A stretch of DNA of 64,000 nt. Source: Pelagomonas calceolata. Its lineage: Eukaryota. The translations under genes and the position numbers were made by a program. Position 1 is the first letter of the stretch. Each line of letters opens with the position of its first letter. Location: the NCBI GenBank assembly GCA_918797485.1, contig CAKKNE010000002.1, positions 372,001-436,000 on the forward strand. Direction: 5' to 3'. Positions 58,414 to 64,000 of the stretch are shown one piece after another. The notes under the pieces were generated by a model. It saw only the letters and a program-made list of their open reading frames with translations. It ran no database searches and was not told the origin of the DNA.

Positions 58414-59793
58414 TTAGGAAGAAGCAACTTGCGCCGACAACTCCGCGAGCTGTTTCTGGAGCTCGTCGATCTTTTTGCGTAGTTCGTCCTGAGAGTCGTC
58501 CGGCGGCGGATCGTCGGGCGGCGCGGAGGAGGACGAGGACGCCGCGTCGGCCTCGTTGATGGGGATGTCGCAGACGTCCACGTCGTTCCAGGCCGTCGCC
58601 GCCGCGCAGAGGTCGCGCACCGCAGACGCGATGGCCGCGTCCGTCTCGCCCTGCTCGCGCCGCCCCGCCACAAAGTCCGCCGCGTCCTTGGCGCCGTCCG
58701 GCCAGCGCATGACCACCACGTCCACGCCCGACTCGTCCGCGAGCGTCGGCAGCACATCATCACAAAGCCGCCGCACGGCCGCGTCGCCCGCCGCGTCGGC
58801 GTCCAGCGCCAGGACGACGCGCCGCGACGGCGAGAAGCGCGCCGCCGTCTCGAGCTGCCGCGGCGTCACGCCCACGCCCAGCACGCCCACGGCGTTCGCG
58901 CAACCCGCATCGTGTAACGCGAGCACGTCGAAGTAGCCCTCCACGAGCAAGGCTTCGTCCGTCGCGTGGATCGCGTCCTTGGCCACGTCCAAACCAAACA
59001 AGCACGAGCCCTTGCTGAAGACCGCGGACGCGGGGCTGTTCACGTACTTCGCCTCGTCCTTTCTGATCTTCAGCGCGCGCGACCCGAAGCCCAGCGTGTC
59101 GCCGCACGCATCCCTAATCGGAAAGGTGACTTTGGACCCAAAACGTGCGCGGCCGTCCTGATATAACACGCCCGCGGCGACGAACGCGCTCTTATCCATA
59201 TCCTTCGTGAGAGAACGAGCCGTGCCCGGCCGCGCGAAGCCCAGGCCGAAGGCCGCCGCCGTTTTTGGATTGATGCCCCGCTTCCTTAGATATTGCCGCG
59301 CGCCGCCCGACGTTTGATGTCTCAGCGCCTCGGCATAGACCTCCTGCGCGACGGCGTTCGCCTGCTTCAGTTGGATACGCTCCGACGCGTCGACCTCCTT
59401 CACCTCAGCGACGCGCCTCGTTTTGGGCCGGTCCTCTTTTACCAACGCTTCAACAGCTTCGGCGAACGTCGCGTTCGCCAATTCCCTATAAAGTTTGATG
59501 ACGTCGCCGCCGGCGCCGCACCCAAAACACTTGTAGAGGCCCTTGTCGGGATTCAGCGTGAAGGACGGCGTGCGCTCGTCGTGGAACGGGCAGCACGCCT
59601 TGTTCCTGGAATTGACGTCGACGCCGAAGGACTCCGCGACGGCGACGATGTCGGCGCTCCTTGCTGTTTCGACGTCTTGAGGGTTGGCGCTCCTTGCGCT
59701 GTGCCGCGCCCACCTTTGGGCCGCGTGCGGCGCCCAGGGGGTAACTGTGTCAACTAGGCAGAGTGCTACCAAGAGGCTGCTGCAGCGCACCAT
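58414..59793 (-). CDS. dnaG: Bacterial-type DNA primase, organelle (probably plastid) targeted
   Basis: CHC2 zinc finger CPFHDERTPSF...YKCFGCGAGGD, KYVNSP, TOPRIM LLVEGYFDV, DADAAG and KDAAD. N-terminal signal peptide. Confidence 0.93.
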   Translation of the reverse strand: MVRCSSLLVALCLVDTVTPWAPHAAQRWARHSARSANPQDVETARSADIVAVAESFGVDVNSRNKACCPFHDERTPSFTLNPDKGLYKCFGCGAGGDVIKLYRELANATFAEAVEALVKEDRPKTRRVAEVKEVDASERIQLKQANAVAQEVYAEALRHQTSGGARQYLRKRGINPKTAAAFGLGFARPGTARSLTKDMDKSAFVAAGVLYQDGRARFGSKVTFPIRDACGDTLGFGSRALKIRKDEAKYVNSPASAVFSKGSCLFGLDVAKDAIHATDEALLVEGYFDVLALHDAGCANAVGVLGVGVTPRQLETAARFSPSRRVVLALDADAAGDAAVRRLCDDVLPTLADESGVDVVVMRWPDGAKDAADFVAGRREQGETDAAIASAVRDLCAAATAWNDVDVCDIPINEADAASSSSSAPPDDPPPDDSQDELRKKIDELQKQLAELSAQVASS

Positions 59794-60010
59794 GATGCGT
59801 GCGCGTTGGCGACAGCCAACAGCGCTCTAGACAGAGCTTTTGTAAGAGTGTGATTCACCCGCGGGGCGACTCGCGCACGGCTCACAGCTTGCCCAGCCTG
59901 GGATGAGAATTTGGGCAGCTGTGCCGTGGAGGCGTCGTCCAAGCGCGCCAACCTGTCCGACGCCTGGTTCTCCAGCCCGCGACGGGTCGTTCTGCGGCGT
60001 TTCTGAAAAC

Positions 60011-60032
60011 CTAGCGGCGGTAAGACACTAGC
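60011..60032 (-). promoter_or_regulatory. GCTAG dyad motif copy
   Basis: Reverse complement GCTAGTGTCTTACCGCCGCTAG, 218 bp before the dnaG ATG. Confidence 0.65.
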
Positions 60033-60184
60033 AAAGCCAGCTTTCGACCTCGCTCACGATTTGAGCCGCCTGAGAGCTGCCTGGCCATCCAGCCGTGCTC
60101 GACGCTGTCTCTAACTGATCCAGAAGCTGCACGACGCGTGTCGCCGCTTCCGCTTCGCTTGTGGGCCACAGGCAGCTAAGCAGG

Positions 60185-61399
60185 ATGGAGCGCGAGCATG
60201 GAGAAGAGCCGAGCAGCCGCGCGCCGCGGGAGGATGACCGCCGCCGCGACGACGACCGCTCGTACGACCGGCCGAGCAGCCGCGACGGACGCCGCCCGCG
60301 CGATGACTACGATAGGCCGCGGAGCCGCGACGGCTTCGAGAGGCCGCGGAGCCGCGACGACCGCTACTACGAGCGCGACGAGTACGACCGCGGCCGCCGG
60401 TCGCGGGACGACGATCGCTACTACGAGCGCCGCCGGCGCGACGACGACCGTTATTATGACAGAGACAGGGGCTACGACCGCCGGCGGCGGGAGGACGACC
60501 GCTACTATGATCGTGACCGGGGTCACGACCGGGACCGGGGCTACGATCGGAGGGGCGACGACCGGCGGTACCGCTCGCGATCTAGGGGAGACCGCCACCG
60601 GCGCCGCCGCGAGCGCGAGGACCCGGCCTGGACGGCGCGGGATGATAGGATTGTGCCGCGCGAGCGCGAGCCCGAGCCTAGAACAGAGAGGCCGCGGTCG
60701 CGGTCGCGCCGCGACGACCGGCCGCCGCCGCGCGAACCGGAGCCGCGGGAACCGGAGCCCGCGCCGCCCAAGGAAGATGAGAGAAGGTCGCGGTCGCTGA
60801 GCTGGTCGCCGCCGCCGGCCGTGCGGAGGCAGATGGCCGAGCTGAAGGCCCGGAAGGCGCGGGAAGCGGAGGCGGCGCGCGCGGGCAAGGACCCGGCCGA
60901 GAAGACGGGCAAGTTCTGGGACGGCTTCCGCTGGGTCGAGCACACGCCGGCGTCGCAGCTGCCCTCGAACCCCGCCACCAGGAAGGAGCGCCGTTTGTAT
61001 GTGGGCAACCTGCCCCAGACCTTTGATGGAGAACAATTGAGGATCTTCCTGAACGAGGCCTTGAGAGCGTGCGGCGCCATCCCGGCCGGCGTCGACGAAG
61101 TGGTTGTTAGTAGTTGGGTGTCGCCGGACAAGAAGTTCGCGTTCGTGGAGCTGAGCACGGTCGAGGCCTCGACGACAGCTTTAGGGCTCTCGGGCATCAC
61201 GTGCATGGGCTGCCAGCTCAAGATCTGCCACCCGAACAACTATGTGGTGGGCGCTTTGCCGGGCATGGGCACGGCGCTGGCCACGACGGACCAGAACGGC
61301 GCGGCGTACGCGCCGGGATTCGGGCCGGACGCGGACCCGCAGCAGCAGGAGTTCATGCAGGCCGCGCTCGCGGCGATGGCCTCGGGCGCGCCCACCTAG
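60185..61399 (+). CDS. RD/RS-rich RRM splicing factor (U2AF large-subunit-like, single RRM)
   Basis: RD/RS low-complexity N-terminus, FWDGFRW, ATRKERRLYVGNLP and KFAFVE. Confidence 0.85.
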   Translation: MEREHGEEPSSRAPREDDRRRDDDRSYDRPSSRDGRRPRDDYDRPRSRDGFERPRSRDDRYYERDEYDRGRRSRDDDRYYERRRRDDDRYYDRDRGYDRRRREDDRYYDRDRGHDRDRGYDRRGDDRRYRSRSRGDRHRRRREREDPAWTARDDRIVPREREPEPRTERPRSRSRRDDRPPPREPEPREPEPAPPKEDERRSRSLSWSPPPAVRRQMAELKARKAREAEAARAGKDPAEKTGKFWDGFRWVEHTPASQLPSNPATRKERRLYVGNLPQTFDGEQLRIFLNEALRACGAIPAGVDEVVVSSWVSPDKKFAFVELSTVEASTTALGLSGITCMGCQLKICHPNNYVVGALPGMGTALATTDQNGAAYAPGFGPDADPQQQEFMQAALAAMASGAPT

Positions 61400-61587
61400 T
61401 GCCATCCTCCTCCCTCCTTAGTTTAAGCGTGGGCGTTTTCAACAACACACTAGCCTGAGGCGCCGAGGCCGCGAGGCGATTTCCGCAGCAGCAGGAATTC
61501 ATGCAGGCCGCGCTCGCGGCGATGGCCTCGGGCGCGCCGACCTAGTGCCTCCCTCCCTCCTTAGTTTAAGCGTGGGCGTTTTCAACA
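61337..61587. repeat. Tandem duplication of a gene 3' end (last codons, stop and 3' UTR)
   Basis: CCGCAGCAGCAGGA(G/A)TTCATGCAGG...ACCTAGTGCC...TTAGTTTAAGCGTGGGCGTTTTCAACA occurs at 61337-61444 and 61483-61587. Confidence 0.92.
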
Positions 61588-61595
61588 CTATTTAT

Positions 61596-62861
61596 TTAGG
61601 CGTCGGGCGGCATCGGCCCAGAGTCTGCCCTAGGCCTCAGCGGCGGCGGCGTCTGCGCATCGAGGGGCGTCATTGTCCGCACGCCTCCCGGCGCGAGTCC
61701 CGCCTCGTCCGGCAGGGCCGCGCACGCCGTGCACGCCGTCGTCGCGCAGGCGCAGGCGGCGCAGTTCGCGCAGACCCGCGGCGGCGGCGGGTCGACGCGC
61801 GTCCGTTGGAAGGAGCCCAACAGAAACCAGAACGACGGCCGCGCGCCCGTCGGCGTCCAGTGGCCCGCGGCGTCGCGGCGCAGCGGCAGCGGCGGCTCGT
61901 GGCCGCGCGACGCCTCGAGCTGCGACGCGTGGCGCTTGAGCGCGCGGCGCAGGGGCACGCCGAACGCCGCGGCCGCGAGGCCCAGGAGCACCGCGGCGAT
62001 CTGTACGTGCCCCCGGACGAAGAGCGCCTGGCCGCCGGCCGCGAGCGCGCAGGACACGCCGTACAGCAGGGCGCCCGCGAGCTGGTCCTTCTCGAGCTTG
62101 TACACGCCCGTCCGGTGGCGCAGGTACAGGTGCAGGAGCGCCGCCACCAGCAACGCCTCGGCGCACCAGAGCGGCGCGAACGCGTCGACGGCGCCGGCGG
62201 GCGGGAACGCGGCCGACGCGCGGAGGCGCCTCACACCGAGCGCCAGGCTCAACCAACTCAAACAGTGGAGCGTCGCGCCGAGCTCGCCGCCGTTCTGGCG
62301 GTCGTCCGTCGAGAAGCCGCGCCGGCCCCGCAGGACGATCGACGCCGCGACCGCGACCGTCTCTAAACTTAAGATGCAGAGGCAGGCCCGGGCGAGGCGG
62401 TCGTTTCGTTTTTGACCATCTACGCTCAGGACGCCGGCCAGCGCCCAGAGCTGCGCCGCGAGGACCACGCCCGCGGCCGGCACGCTCAGCGCCACGCCGC
62501 AGGCGCCGCGCCGCGCGAGCGGCAGCGCGTCCTCGTGGATCGCGCCCTCGCCATTCGAAACGGTCCCGTAGGCGAACTCGTCCGGCGCCGGCGGCCGCAG
62601 CCGCAGCTGCGCCGCCGTCCGGAGGAACCGGACCTGCGCCGCGAAGGCCGCGCCCGTCGCCGCGAAGAAGGGCAGCGCCGCGACGGCCCACGGCAGCGCG
62701 GTAAAACCGGCGAGCCTGGCCGCCACGAGGACCGCGCCGGCCACGTGCAGGTCGACGCACCGCGCGCAGCCGTCCGCGACGTCGTGGATGATTTTTGCAG
62801 CGCCGTCGCCTCTTCGGCGGCGGAGCTCCAGCGTTACCGGGCTACCCGTCGGGAGAGCCAT
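61596..62861 (-). CDS. Multi-pass membrane protein (TMEM185/203-like)
   Basis: LPWAVAALPFF and AFAPLW motifs, several TM segments and a Cys-rich tail. ATG at 62861. Confidence 0.55.
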   Translation of the reverse strand: MALPTGSPVTLELRRRRGDGAAKIIHDVADGCARCVDLHVAGAVLVAARLAGFTALPWAVAALPFFAATGAAFAAQVRFLRTAAQLRLRPPAPDEFAYGTVSNGEGAIHEDALPLARRGACGVALSVPAAGVVLAAQLWALAGVLSVDGQKRNDRLARACLCILSLETVAVAASIVLRGRRGFSTDDRQNGGELGATLHCLSWLSLALGVRRLRASAAFPPAGAVDAFAPLWCAEALLVAALLHLYLRHRTGVYKLEKDQLAGALLYGVSCALAAGGQALFVRGHVQIAAVLLGLAAAAFGVPLRRALKRHASQLEASRGHEPPLPLRRDAAGHWTPTGARPSFWFLLGSFQRTRVDPPPPRVCANCAACACATTACTACAALPDEAGLAPGGVRTMTPLDAQTPPPLRPRADSGPMPPDA

Positions 62862-63050
62862 CGCTGCGCGCGTGACTGCTGGCACCACGAGTGGCTGCCA
62901 CTGCTGTGCAGCGTCACAGCCGACAATGACAGGCACACGGTGCGCTGTACAACTCCGGGCCACAATTACTGTTACTCTCCGCAGTTCGCACGCTCAGTAG
63001 TGTTGGCACGCCGCCACGCCGACGCCGAAGCGGCGGGCCGGCATAGTCGA

Positions 63051-63074
63051 GCTAGTGTACAGACACACACTAGC
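63051..63074. promoter_or_regulatory. GCTAG dyad motif copy (more symmetric variant)
   Basis: GCTAGTGTACAGACACACACTAGC, 190 bp before ATG 62861. Confidence 0.5.
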
Positions 63075-63217
63075 CCTGAAACAACTATTCCCGCGAACAT
63101 ATATCTTTCCAAAAGCCTAGCGCACGGTTTCTAACAGCACCCGCCCGATTGATGATGATGAGAAACTATCTCGGAAAAAACTTGTTACACACGGAAGAAC
63201 AAAGGACACGAGAGATG

Positions 63218-63964
63218 CTATCGAGGCTGCGGCGCCTGCCGCCGCACCAACGTCGCATGATGGTCGAGCATGTCGCACTCGTTCGAGAGCTCGGCCGCGC
63301 GGAGCTTCATCGCGACGAGCTCGCCCGTCAGGACTTCGACGGCGCCGTCGTCGTTCCGCCGCACGTCCTCTAATTGTGCGCTGAGCGCGGCCTCCTCGCG
63401 CCGCACCTCGGCGACCTCGAGTTCCAGGTCGCGGCACTGCTGCTCCGAGTCCTTGACCAGACCGAGCCACATCTCCTTCTGCTCGACGAGGGACCGCCGC
63501 GCGTCGTCGATCTCGCGCCGGTACCGCCGCTCGCGCGCCTCGCGCGCCTCGCGCGTCGTTCTTTTGGCGAGCGCCGCGGCGGCGGCCTTCTTCGCCGCGT
63601 CCTCGCGTTTTCGTCGCTCCTTCCGCGAGAGCTTTTCCTTCGGCGTCTCCTCTTGGCGCGCCGGGGCCGCGGGCGGCGGCGCCGGGGGCTCCTTGGCCTC
63701 CTCGCGCGGTGTAGGAGGCGGGGGCGACGGCCGCTGCGGCGTCGTCGGCGGCGGCGCGGTCGGCAGGTCGTATAAACCGATCTCCGGCGGCGGCGGCTTC
63801 TTCTTGCGCGTCGACATCTTCTTCGCGGCCGTCGCGCCGGCCGCCGCCTTGGACTTGGCCGCGGCGGCGGCCTTCGACGCGGCGAGCTTGGCGCGCTGGT
63901 ATCGCGAGACCTTCTTGTCATTTGCTCTTACCTCGTAGAAGGTGGACTCCTCGGTCTCGGGCAT
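63218..63964 (-). CDS. Hypothetical coiled-coil protein
   Basis: ATG-started ORF with a Lys/Pro-rich N-terminal half and a coiled-coil C-terminal half. Confidence 0.65.
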   Translation of the reverse strand: MPETEESTFYEVRANDKKVSRYQRAKLAASKAAAAAKSKAAAGATAAKKMSTRKKKPPPPEIGLYDLPTAPPPTTPQRPSPPPPTPREEAKEPPAPPPAAPARQEETPKEKLSRKERRKREDAAKKAAAAALAKRTTREAREARERRYRREIDDARRSLVEQKEMWLGLVKDSEQQCRDLELEVAEVRREEAALSAQLEDVRRNDDGAVEVLTGELVAMKLRAAELSNECDMLDHHATLVRRQAPQPR

Positions 63965-64000
63965 TGTGGCTGAACGCTGGGGAGTACTCAGTCGATAGCT

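Noticed and set aside
332..59793. Bacterial contamination or a recent HGT island suggested by prfC, nirB and dnaG
   Set aside because: They carry eukaryotic signal/transit peptides and host codon usage, nirB has spliceosomal introns, and they are interspersed with NOP56, CDC16, kinesin and LHC.
60230..60720. Short repeated units (GACGACCGCTACTAC etc.) as a CRISPR array or satellite
   Set aside because: They encode the RD/RS low-complexity domain of the splicing factor, with no constant repeat and unique spacer structure.

Overview
Gene-dense, GC-rich eukaryotic nuclear DNA, most likely from a pelagophyte alga of the Pelagomonas/Aureococcus type. This is inferred from a fucoxanthin-chlorophyll a/c antenna gene, bipartite plastid-targeting peptides, short spliceosomal introns and introner-type introns with 8-bp target-site duplications (TSDs). 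About 36 protein genes are supportable: plastid RF3, a glycosyltransferase, prolyl 4-hydroxylase, a PAPS/UAA transporter, a sulfotransferase-like protein, kinesin-14, pyrophosphatase, APC6/CDC16, an LYR protein, NOP56, dynein light chain, NAA60, LHC, a Rad9-like protein, arylsulfatase, a NirB-NirD fused nitrite reductase, a WDR6-like protein, a CPBP protease with EF-hands, DnaG primase, a U2AF-like RRM protein and several hypotheticals. I saw no rRNA, tRNA or CRISPR array. Main observations: (1) a 22-25 bp dyad motif, GCTAGTGTCTTACANNCCGCTAGC, occurs 12 times, always intergenic and within about 300 bp of a start codon; (2) a family of TIR-bounded introner elements takes its GT/GC donor from the TSD and carries a conserved internal hairpin; (3) a 3.9-kb insert with a 950-aa orphan ORF lies between two diverged, indel-free copies of a WD40 gene 3' end; (4) 3'-end duplications recur at convergent gene junctions; (5) one gene is a securin-like candidate; (6) one ORF is a chimera with a captured coilin-like Tudor segment. 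All protein calls come from reading motifs by eye, without database searches.
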